From: an uncultured Ferrithrix sp.
GTDB lineage: Bacteria > Actinomycetota > Acidimicrobiia > Acidimicrobiales > Ilumatobacteraceae
Assembly: GCA_964407365.1 (NCBI GenBank)
Contig: CAYOVI010000002.1
Location: forward strand, 1-44,123
Length of the DNA stretch: 44,123 bases
Reading direction: 5' to 3'
Shown: positions 28,649 through 37,700 of the stretch, piece after piece
Layout of the letters: each line of letters starts with the position of its first letter
Position numbering within the stretch: the stretch's first letter is position 1
Program-made: the position numbers and the translations under genes
Notes under the pieces: model-generated
The model's input: only the letters and a program-made list of their open reading frames with translations
What the model was told of the DNA's origin: nothing
The model's database searches: none

Positions 28649-29653
28649 ATGTCTGATGCGCTGATTTCGTTTCATTCGCCAGGGCGCGTCAATCTGATCG
28701 GCGATCACACCGACTATACGGGCGGGCTCGTCTTGCCGATGGCAATTGATCGATACACCACAATTCGTGGTCGCCGCCTAACAAACAAAGTCAGACTGCA
28801 CAGTCAAAGCGAACCCAAATCTGTCGAGTTTGATTTGCCGGTTGTTTCACCTGAAAAAATCACCCCGAGTTGGGGGCGATACGTGGCTGGCGTTGCTGCC
28901 GAGATGTCAACCGATGCGCTCGGTTTCGAGGGTGAGGTTTCATGTGAAATTCCGATTGGCGCGGGCCTTTCGTCGAGTGCCGCTCTCGAAGTTGCAACTG
29001 CACTCGCCCTCGGCGACAAGAGCAACCCAGTCGAGCGCGCAAAACTTTGTCAGCGAGCAGAGTTTCGCGGTGTCGGCGTGCCTTGTGGAATTATGGATCA
29101 ATTGACCGTCACCTCAGGCGTGCGTGACCATGCCCTGATTATTGATTGTCACGAACTGACGATTTCACCAGTGAAACTGCCGTCAGACGCAAAAATCGTC
29201 GTGCAGTTCATCGCCAAGCGCAAGCTCACATCAGGTTGTTATGCCGAACGCGTCGCACAATGCAAAGCCGCCGAAAAAATCATCGGCCCACTGCGCCTTG
29301 CAGACATGGCGTCACTAGCTGGCATCGATGACGAAACCATTTTTCGTCGGGCACGACATGTTGTCACCGAAAATCAACGGGTTCGCGATTTTGCGACAAT
29401 GCTTCAGACTGGCGACCTGAGTTCAGCGGGCAAACTCATGGTCGAAAGCCACGAGTCGCTTAGTCAAGATTTTGAAACTTCGACTCCGCAAATGAATTTT
29501 GCGGTCAAAGAAGCCTTAGCTAAACCAGGGGTTTTCGGCGCACGCATGACGGGTGGCGGCTTTGGAGGTTGCATCGTGATCTTGGCCGACACCGCAGCAA
29601 AAATCGACGGCTGGCATGTCCGAGCCGTCGACGCCGCCACCCAAATCAATTAA
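28649..29653 (+). CDS. galK: Galactokinase (GHMP kinase)
   Basis: Contains the galactokinase signature GRVNLIGDHTDY and the GHMP motif PIGAGLSSSAALEVA. An AAAGG sequence precedes the ATG. At 334 aa it is short for the family. Confidence 0.85.
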   Translation: MSDALISFHSPGRVNLIGDHTDYTGGLVLPMAIDRYTTIRGRRLTNKVRLHSQSEPKSVEFDLPVVSPEKITPSWGRYVAGVAAEMSTDALGFEGEVSCEIPIGAGLSSSAALEVATALALGDKSNPVERAKLCQRAEFRGVGVPCGIMDQLTVTSGVRDHALIIDCHELTISPVKLPSDAKIVVQFIAKRKLTSGCYAERVAQCKAAEKIIGPLRLADMASLAGIDDETIFRRARHVVTENQRVRDFATMLQTGDLSSAGKLMVESHESLSQDFETSTPQMNFAVKEALAKPGVFGARMTGGGFGGCIVILADTAAKIDGWHVRAVDAATQIN

Positions 29654-29654
29654 C

Positions 29655-30266
29655 TCAATTGAGGAGGCGACGTTTTTGTTCGTCGAACTCTGATTGGGTG
29701 ATCGAACCTCGCACGAGCATTGCTTCGAGTCGCTCGAGTTGGGCGACGACTCTGGCTGAGCCAGAGAAATCACCGGCATCTTTGCCGGTGCGTGAATGAA
29801 TCGCCTCGTGAATTATGTTTTGCACCTCTTCAGGGTTGCGAATATCGCTGAACAATTGTTGACCATCTTGGCTCGCCGACTCGATCAATAGATCGCCCGC
29901 GCCAAGAACCCGCTCAAGAATCGACTGCGCAAAGTTCACATTGTTGACCCGTTCAAGGGGTATCTCGACCCCGCGTCGCGCCAGAACACCTTCTCGAAAA
30001 ATCACGCGTTGCGAGGTGACGACAAAATATGTACGCGACCAACGCAGCACGACCCCAAGCAAATTGATGATTGCCAAAAAAATTGCCACCAAAAAAACAC
30101 GACTGATCCCGGTCTTCAACCAGCCATCACCAAGTTGTTGAGCCCAAATCGCCACAATTGACAACAGCACCAAAATCGACCCAGGTTTGACGAACACGAC
30201 CCAATGCGGGTGAAGATCAAGATTTATGTGCTCACCGCGATTAAGCAATTTTTGCGGATAAGCCAT
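29655..30266 (-). CDS. Membrane bPH_2 (YdbS/YdbT-like PH) domain protein with a C-terminal SHOCT domain
   Basis: Contains LNRGEHINLDLHPHW, two TM helices and a PH-like region, then a C-terminal LERLEAMLVRGSITQSEFDEQKRRLL, which is a SHOCT-type motif. Confidence 0.75.
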   Translation of the reverse strand: MAYPQKLLNRGEHINLDLHPHWVVFVKPGSILVLLSIVAIWAQQLGDGWLKTGISRVFLVAIFLAIINLLGVVLRWSRTYFVVTSQRVIFREGVLARRGVEIPLERVNNVNFAQSILERVLGAGDLLIESASQDGQQLFSDIRNPEEVQNIIHEAIHSRTGKDAGDFSGSARVVAQLERLEAMLVRGSITQSEFDEQKRRLLN

Positions 30267-30315
30267 GCCCCAAACTTAGTTTCTCGCAACCACACCCACC
30301 GCCTAGCGTTATGGC

Positions 30316-32238
30316 GTGGACGCCAATCAACTGTTGCAAGGCATGGATGCCGACCAACTCACAGCAGTCACCAGCCCCGAAACCGCAACCGTTTTGCACG
30401 CCGGTGCTGGCTCTGGAAAGACGCGCGTGCTCACGCATCGCATCGCCTATCGAATCGCCAAAGGCACTGCCGATCCAAAAAGAGTTCTCGCCATCACCTT
30501 CACTCGCGAAGCCGCAAGCGAAATGCGACGGCGACTCAAGAACCTCGACGTCACCTCAGACTCACAAGCAATAACTGTCGGCACATTTCACGCAGTTGCC
30601 CTCGCACTCTTACGACAGCGGCTGGCTGATACGCGCAAACAGATGCCGTCGATCATTCATAATCGCACCCAGTTGGTCGTCCAGGCGGCCAAGGATCACC
30701 CAATGTCGTCGCGACCGCGTGAATTGCTCACCGAAATCGACTGGGCGCATGCTCGATTGATATCACCCAACCAGTACGCGCAAACTGCAACGCGGCTCAA
30801 ACGCTATACGGCGGCACCCCACAACGAAATCGCCACGATTTTCAAAGAGTATGAACAGCTAAAAATTCAGCGCAACATACTCGACCTCGACGATTTGATC
30901 GCACGCGTGGTCGAGGCGATGAGACTCGACAACGCATATGCCCAAGCGGTGCGCTGGCGATATCGACACATCTTTGTCGACGAGGCCCAAGACATGAACC
31001 CATTGCAGTATGAATTGTTCGAGGCGATTCGTGGTCAGCGATCAGACGTGTTTATCGTGGGCGACCCGATGCAGGCAATTTATGGATGGAACGGCTCAGA
31101 CAAAAAACTTTTCGACGATCTACCCGACAAAATTCGTGGCACAACGGTGCTGCGACTTGCGAACAACTATCGATGCACTCCACAGATTCTGAACGCCGCA
31201 AAATCTGTGGCCAAACTCGTCGACCCGCAGATTGAGGTTCGCCCGATCAAACCGCAAGCCGATGCCGTGGTTCTGCGCGGTTATCAAGATGCCGAGGCCG
31301 AGGCGCAAGGCATTGCCGATTGCCTATGGCATTTCGCGAACATCGGCGGTCCAAACCCTTGGCAGTCGGCAGCGGTGTTGGTGCGCACCAACTTTCAAGT
31401 CGAGACGATCACCGATGCGCTCGTCAAGAACAATATTCCGGTTCGCACCAATCGCCCATCGCCAGAGCTCAATTCGGCAATCGCAGATGCCTCACAAAGC
31501 ACCGGCCGCAACGAACTTGCATCGTGGGCCACAGACGTGCTGACTGAATCTGATTCCGAGATTCAGCGCTGGGTCGCCGAGCAGGTGCGAATCTTCTTGA
31601 AACTCGATCACCCTGGCAATGTCGACGGGCGTGCTTTTGCCTCATGGATGCGGGCCACGGCGGCCGAGCATCACAATTATGAAGGCGTTGAGGTTCTCAC
31701 GTTTCATTCGGCCAAAGGTCGTGAGTGGCAGTGCGTGGTTGTGGCAGGTGCCGAGGTCGGTTTGATGCCTCACAATTCGGCGATTACACAAGACCAACTA
31801 GACGAAGAGGTTCGTCTCACCTATGTTGCCTTCACTCGGGCATCACATCAACTATTTGTGACCTGGTGCGAAACGCGCAAAGGTCGCACGACGGGTAAAA
31901 GCACTTTGCTCGAAAATGTCGTCAGCGAGTCACAACCAGACGAAATATCGCCGACAGTCAAGACTGATAAAAAATCAAGTAAGCCAAAGTTGGTCAAAAC
32001 TCGCACATTAGAAGACGATCTTCGAAATTGGCGCAGCGGTCGCGCCAAGGTGATCAGACAACCAGTTATCAATGTTTGTAGCGACTATGAATTGAGACTC
32101 ATTGCCAAACAGCTTCCGCAGACAGTCGACCAGCTTGCATCGATAGTCGGACAAATCACCGCAAAAAAAATCGGTGCAGAAGTGTTGTCAATCGTCGCGC
32201 ATGCCCAAAAGCGACTGACAACCCAAAGCCTCAAATAG
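30316..32238 (+). CDS. UvrD/PcrA-family ATP-dependent DNA helicase with an HRDC-like C-terminus (UvrD2-like)
   Basis: Contains AGAGSGKT (motif I), VDEAQDMN (motif II), TFHSAKGREW and VAFTRA (motif VI). The C-terminal roughly 70 aa (SDYELRLIAKQLPQTVDQLASIVGQ) look HRDC-like. GTG start. Confidence 0.88.
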   Translation: MDANQLLQGMDADQLTAVTSPETATVLHAGAGSGKTRVLTHRIAYRIAKGTADPKRVLAITFTREAASEMRRRLKNLDVTSDSQAITVGTFHAVALALLRQRLADTRKQMPSIIHNRTQLVVQAAKDHPMSSRPRELLTEIDWAHARLISPNQYAQTATRLKRYTAAPHNEIATIFKEYEQLKIQRNILDLDDLIARVVEAMRLDNAYAQAVRWRYRHIFVDEAQDMNPLQYELFEAIRGQRSDVFIVGDPMQAIYGWNGSDKKLFDDLPDKIRGTTVLRLANNYRCTPQILNAAKSVAKLVDPQIEVRPIKPQADAVVLRGYQDAEAEAQGIADCLWHFANIGGPNPWQSAAVLVRTNFQVETITDALVKNNIPVRTNRPSPELNSAIADASQSTGRNELASWATDVLTESDSEIQRWVAEQVRIFLKLDHPGNVDGRAFASWMRATAAEHHNYEGVEVLTFHSAKGREWQCVVVAGAEVGLMPHNSAITQDQLDEEVRLTYVAFTRASHQLFVTWCETRKGRTTGKSTLLENVVSESQPDEISPTVKTDKKSSKPKLVKTRTLEDDLRNWRSGRAKVIRQPVINVCSDYELRLIAKQLPQTVDQLASIVGQITAKKIGAEVLSIVAHAQKRLTTQSLK

Positions 32239-32240
32239 TT

Positions 32241-32966
32241 TCAACTTGTTTGAGATTGCCGAATTTCGAGCAGGCGCTGAAAAACCTCTGGTCGCATCGA
32301 GACAAACAATCCTTTTGCCTCGGCACAAAGAGTCTCGCCGTGATGCAAAGTGCCTGCGACACTTATCTTGCGACCGTCTATCGAGCCGACCCATCCGCGA
32401 AAAACGACCGGCTTCATTAATGGCGTTGGTGATCGATAGTCGACTGTCAGGTTGACCGTCATGCCTGGGTTGCCGCTCAGCGACTGAGCCATGCCTAACA
32501 CCTCGTCGAAATAGGCAGCGATGAACCCACCGTGCACGCAGCCTGGTGGCCCCTCGTAAGCCGAACCAAATGTGGCGCGACCAACGACTGTCGAATCTTT
32601 GCCGCCATCGCCTTCGATGCTCATCTCCATTGGCACGCTCAATGGATTGATCCCACCAATGATCGGACTTCGATCTAAAAACGTGTTCATCGGCGCCAAT
32701 GAACCCTCGGCGGGCCCGGAATAGTCGTGCGAATGCGGTCGAGACTTGAGACCCGATACGGCCTGAGAGATTGAATTTCGAATTTCTTCGAGCTCTCCGA
32801 TCGGCGCAGAGGTAGCCAACAACTCTTCGATTGCCACGCGCAACTCGCGGGCAATTTCTATGCGCATGGCGTCAAAACTCGAGTGTTGTTCGGTGCGAAT
32901 GTGAAAACCTTTGAAGGCGCTTTCAAATTGTGGGCTCGCCCGACCTTCAGATTCTTTGGCAGACAT
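32241..32966 (-). CDS. PaaI-type hotdog-fold thioesterase with an N-terminal extension
   Basis: Contains the VHGGFIAAYFDEVLG motif typical of PaaI/4HBT-like thioesterases. The first roughly 90 aa form a helical N-terminal extension. Confidence 0.7.
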   Translation of the reverse strand: MSAKESEGRASPQFESAFKGFHIRTEQHSSFDAMRIEIARELRVAIEELLATSAPIGELEEIRNSISQAVSGLKSRPHSHDYSGPAEGSLAPMNTFLDRSPIIGGINPLSVPMEMSIEGDGGKDSTVVGRATFGSAYEGPPGCVHGGFIAAYFDEVLGMAQSLSGNPGMTVNLTVDYRSPTPLMKPVVFRGWVGSIDGRKISVAGTLHHGETLCAEAKGLFVSMRPEVFQRLLEIRQSQTS

Positions 32967-32969
32967 CGG

Positions 32970-33746
32970 CTATTTGCCTTTCAAGGTGATCGTCACTGGC
33001 ACGTGATCGCTGGGCTTTTCACCTTTGCGGGCATTGCGGTCAATTTTTGACGACACAACTTGAGACATGAGCGACTTCGTTGCGAGCAAAAAATCTATTC
33101 GCATTCCTTCGCCTTTGTGAAAACTGCCGTTGCGATAGTCCCACCATGAAAAAACTTTCGGCTCGGGGTTCAAGACGCGAAACGAGTCTGCCAAGCCCCA
33201 TGCACAAAGATCGGCAAAAACCTGGCGCTCGGGCGCACTCACGTGTGTAGCGCCCTCGAACTTTGTGACATCCCAGACGTCGTCGTCTGTCGGGGCAATG
33301 TTGAAGTCGCCGCCAACCACTAGCCGATCATCGGGTTTGGCTATCGAGTCGAGATGTTGACGCAACTTATTCATCCACTGAAGTTTGTATTTATAGTGGT
33401 CGTCTTCGAGCGAGCGACCATTTGGCACGTAGACGCTCACGACTTTCACGCCACCACAAGTCGCAGTTATGATTCGCGCCTCATTATCTGGGGCGACCGG
33501 CTTGGCAAAATTGGTGACCACATCTGTCAAACCAACTTTTGAAATTATCGCCACACCATTCCATTGTCCCTGGCCAAAGTGGGCCGACTCATAGCCCAAC
33601 TCGGCAAAAGTCAAAGCGGGGAAAACTTCGTCTTTCATTTTTGTTTCTTGCATGCACAAAACATCGGGCTGATTTTCTCTCACCCACTGGGTTACTCGCT
33701 CAAGTCTTGCCTTTAGCGAATTTACGTTCCATGTCGCAATCAACAC
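32970..33746 (-). CDS. xthA: Exodeoxyribonuclease III
   Basis: Contains ATWNVNSL, LCMQETK and a C-terminal SDHVPV motif of the EEP-fold ExoIII family. Confidence 0.93.
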   Translation of the reverse strand: MLIATWNVNSLKARLERVTQWVRENQPDVLCMQETKMKDEVFPALTFAELGYESAHFGQGQWNGVAIISKVGLTDVVTNFAKPVAPDNEARIITATCGGVKVVSVYVPNGRSLEDDHYKYKLQWMNKLRQHLDSIAKPDDRLVVGGDFNIAPTDDDVWDVTKFEGATHVSAPERQVFADLCAWGLADSFRVLNPEPKVFSWWDYRNGSFHKGEGMRIDFLLATKSLMSQVVSSKIDRNARKGEKPSDHVPVTITLKGK

Positions 33747-33770
33747 GCCAACACCGTATCCAAAAGACGA

Positions 33771-34751
33771 TTATCGCTTCTTGTTGGGCGAGCTTTTCTT
33801 GGTCGCTGACTTTTGAGGTTGGCTACGTCGCTTGGGCTTTTTGCCTTGCGCAGCGCGAGACGAACCAGATTTAGCTGAGCGTGACTGGCTTGTCTTGACC
33901 GATGATTTTTGGGCGACCAAAGATTCCATTCCCGAAACGGCTAATTCGACACTTCGTCGCGACGGCGTGTATCCGACGATGACCATGTTCAACAGAGCGC
34001 CGAGCTTTACATGTTCACGTGCGCTTCGAGGCATCGGGTTTGCCATCAAGCGCATCGGCAAATAACCCAAAACTTCGCCCATCTTCACATAAACACCGTG
34101 AGAGGCATAACTCTCAACTGCGCCCTTGACTTTTGTGCCGATCGGGTTTTTCTCGGCGAAGTTCAAGAAGTTCGTCAGCTCGTTCAACTTTGGAGTCTGG
34201 GTTGACTTGGTTGCTACGGCAACCTTTCTCGACGGGTTGACCCGCACTGATGCGACATCTTTGGGTTGTGCCGAACTTCGACGCAATGACGACGCGGTTT
34301 GGCGACCCGCCTGTTTTCGCACCGGCAGTCGTCTGATGAACACCCAGCCCACGTTTGGCACTGGCTTGCCGCCAATCAGGCGACCCTCGTCGAACAACCA
34401 TTTATATTGATCATGAAATTCTTGATAACTATCGTTCGACAACACGCTCGCCTTGACTTTGTCGGCAATCGTCAAGACGAAACCGTCGCCCCTACCCACG
34501 GCCCCTGCTGGTGGGGCCACTAGTTCGTTGTTGTTGATCGCATCATCGAATTCTCCACGTTCTTTGCGATCGATTCGATAACCAAAAGTTGCGTCGACGA
34601 CAACCGTAACTTTCGTGCCTGGAAACTCTTTGATGAAAGCCAATACAGCTTCGTTCAACTGTTTCAGGCTGGGTTCTGTTCTGCCCTCAGTTGCAAGATT
34701 TGATCCGTCTACAACAACATGCGTCGGGGGCTTATTCACCCTTTCATTCAA
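33771..34751 (-). CDS. NYN (Zc3h12a-like) nuclease domain plus S1 RNA-binding domain protein with a basic tail
   Basis: The N-terminal VVDGSNLATEG ... VVVDATFGYRID pattern is PIN/NYN-like. The central GTKVKGAVESYASHGVYVKMGEVLGYLP is S1/OB-like. The C-terminal tail is Lys/Arg/Ser-rich (GKKPKRRSQPQKSATKKSSPNKKR). Confidence 0.7.
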   Translation of the reverse strand: MNERVNKPPTHVVVDGSNLATEGRTEPSLKQLNEAVLAFIKEFPGTKVTVVVDATFGYRIDRKERGEFDDAINNNELVAPPAGAVGRGDGFVLTIADKVKASVLSNDSYQEFHDQYKWLFDEGRLIGGKPVPNVGWVFIRRLPVRKQAGRQTASSLRRSSAQPKDVASVRVNPSRKVAVATKSTQTPKLNELTNFLNFAEKNPIGTKVKGAVESYASHGVYVKMGEVLGYLPMRLMANPMPRSAREHVKLGALLNMVIVGYTPSRRSVELAVSGMESLVAQKSSVKTSQSRSAKSGSSRAAQGKKPKRRSQPQKSATKKSSPNKKR

Positions 34752-34773
34752 CCACCGCTAATTGATGGAGCAA

Positions 34774-37700
34774 TTACCAGTCGGCAAAAGTTTGCGCCAT
34801 CAAATCTTCAAGTTCTTGATCGTGGATAGTTTTTGAACCGGTCGCGGGGCTACCCGACTCGACTCGCGCCACATGACGCAAGCCATAACCCTCTTGCTTC
34901 AGGGTCCAAATTCGGTCGTCGACAAAATATCTCGGACCCATATTTTCTGGTTCTTCTTGCAGCCATACAAGTTCTTTGGCGTTTTTATATTTTGCCAAAA
35001 TCTTTTTGATCTGTTCGATTGGAAACGGATACAACTGTTCAAGTCGAACTATTGCAAACTTTGCGTCACGTTTGTCGCGCTCAGAAATTGCATCCCACGC
35101 AACTTTGCCACTGCAGAGAATTATTCGCGAGACATCGCCAGCATTGGTGATCGTTGGGTCATCGAGCACTTCTTCGAAACTGCCCATGGTCAAGCTTTTG
35201 AGCGTCGAGCGACTTTGCTTCATGCGAAGTGGCTGTTTTGGCGAAAAAATAACCAAAGGTTTGATGTGTGTTTGCTTGACTTGGCGTCGCAACAAGTGAA
35301 AATATTGTGCGGCGGTCGTCGGGTTGCAAACCTGAATGTTGTCTTCGGCGCACAACTGCAAAAATCTCTCGATTCGTGCCGACGAGTGCTCGGGGCCCTG
35401 ACCTTCGTAGCCGTGTGGCAACAACATCACCAGACCATTGCGTTGCTGCCATTTATCTTCTGCGGCAACCAGATATTGGTCGATGATTATCTGGGCACCA
35501 TTGGCGAAATCGCCGAATTGGGCCTCCCACATCACGAGCGCTTTTTGATTGGCGTGCGCATACCCATATTCAAAACCGAGAGCTGCATATTCGCTCAACA
35601 GCGAGTCGTAGACCCAGAACCTGCCCTTGGCACCTGGAATTTGGGCCAATGGCACCCAGCGACGCTCGTTTAAATAGTCGATCAAAGTTGAATGTCTATG
35701 ACTAAATGTGCCTCGACGCGAGTCTTGGCCCGCAAGACGCACCGACACGCCCTCAAGCACCAAACTGCCGATGGCCAGGGCCTCGGCAGTGGCCCAGTCA
35801 ACCTCTGATTCTTTTGCGACCATCTCGTCTCGGGCCTCGAATTGTCGCAACAATTTTGGGTGCACCATAAAGTCGCTCGGATAATTTCGCAACTGAGCCA
35901 GTACGGCGTTCAAATTTTCTTGTTGCGCGCCTGTTTCAAAGTGCGGAACTACGCCAAGTGGCGCAGGAGGCTTGGCCGCGATTATTTTTTCGGTCGTCTT
36001 GGCACGAGTCTGTTCGAGTGCCCCCTGAAGCTTGGCCTGATAATCGGTGAGCGATTTTTCGGCCTGCTCGACTGTTATGTCACCGCGCCTGACGAGAGTT
36101 TCAACATAAAGTTTTCGCACGCTACGTCTCTCGGCAATCGCCTTGTACATCAGCGGTTGGGTATAACTCGGATCATCACCCTCGTTGTGACCGTATCGGC
36201 GATAACAGACCATGTCGATGACAACATCTTTGTGAAAAGTTTGGCGATATTCGAAAGCCAATTGTGCCACTCGCACACACGCTTCGGGGTCGTCACCGTT
36301 GACGTGAAAAATTGGAGCCTGAACTGTTTTGGCGACATCGCTGCAATATTGCGACGATCGCGCATATTCGGGTGAGGTCGTGAAACCAATCTGGTTGTCG
36401 ATGATCAGATGAATCGTTCCGCCTACGCGGTAACCCGAAGTGTCGCTCATCGCCAAACATTCAGCGACGACACCCTGCCCTGCAAATGCGGCGTCGCCAT
36501 GAATTGCCAACGGCAACACGCTGTATGCCAGTGGCGGTTCAATCTGGTCTTGCATCGCTCGCACGGTGCCAAGCACGACTGGGTTGACGGTTTCTAAGTG
36601 ACTCGGGTTTGAGACCAACTCGACGTGCATTTTGGCGCCACTTTGCGCCACGAATTCTCCGACCGCACCCAAATGATATTTGACGTCACCAGAACCCTGC
36701 ACCGACGATGGGTCTACATAGCCCTCGAACTCTTGAAAAATTTGGTCATAGTTTTTGCCAACGACGTTTGCCAGCACGTTCAACCGACCACGATGTGCCA
36801 TGCCGATGACGGTTCCATGCATCTTCGCATCAGTCGCGAGATTCAAAATTTTGTCGAGAATCGGTATCGCCGACTCTGCGCCTTCTAGACCAAAACGTTT
36901 TGTTCCGACATATTTTGTCGACAAAAATCTCTCAAAAGCCTCGGCCGCGTTGAGTCGCTCGAGTATCCGAACATTGTCGACGGCAAAGTCGTTTCGTTTC
37001 ACGCCCTCGAAGTGCTCTTGAATCCATTTTTGCTCGTCGGTGTTCTGAATGTGCATATATTCGACGCCGATGGTTCGGCAATAGGCGTCCCGTAAAACGC
37101 CGAGCAATTCGCCCAAAGTCGAACGAGCGACTCCACCCACACCGCCGGTCAAGAATTCGCGATCCAAGTCCCAGACGGTGAGACCGTACGTTGCCGGATC
37201 GAGTTCGCGCGGCATGCGCGGGGTACGCCAATGCAAGGGATCGAGATCTGCAATCAAATGACCTCGCACGCGATGAACTCGAATCAGAGTCGCGATCTGC
37301 ATCTGCTTTTCGAGAAGCACGTCTTCGCTGTCAAGCGAATTTGAGTCATCACGCCATTTGACCGATTCATAAGGCACTCCAAGGCTGCTGAACACGTCTG
37401 CGTAAAAGTTGTGCTCGCCCGTCAATAACTCGTGCACGTATTTCAAGAACATGCCGCTTTCGGCACCCTGAATGATTCGGTGATCATAGGTGCTGGTCAG
37501 CGTCACCACTTTTGAGACCCCAAGTCGACCAAGTGCACGCTCATCACTGCCCTGAAACTCGGCGGGATAATCGATCGTGCCTACGCCGACAATCAAACCT
37601 TGATCGGTCATCAGGCGCGGCACCGACATTTGCGTGCCAATTGTTCCGGGGTTCGTCAAACTGACGTTGGCACCTTGAAAGTCGTCGAGGGTCAATTTAT

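Noticed and set aside
34873-35673. Long antisense ORFs inside well-supported genes. Examples are the 266-aa ORF opposite kgd, 6405-7010 opposite trmD/rimM, 2526-3107 opposite rpe, 12790-13323 opposite smc and 41429-41965 opposite the cysQ-like gene.
   Set aside because: Each lies wholly within a gene whose product carries strong family motifs on the other strand. Their translations are low-complexity, Arg/Ser/Pro-rich and motif-free, as expected for shadow ORFs in mid- to high-GC DNA.
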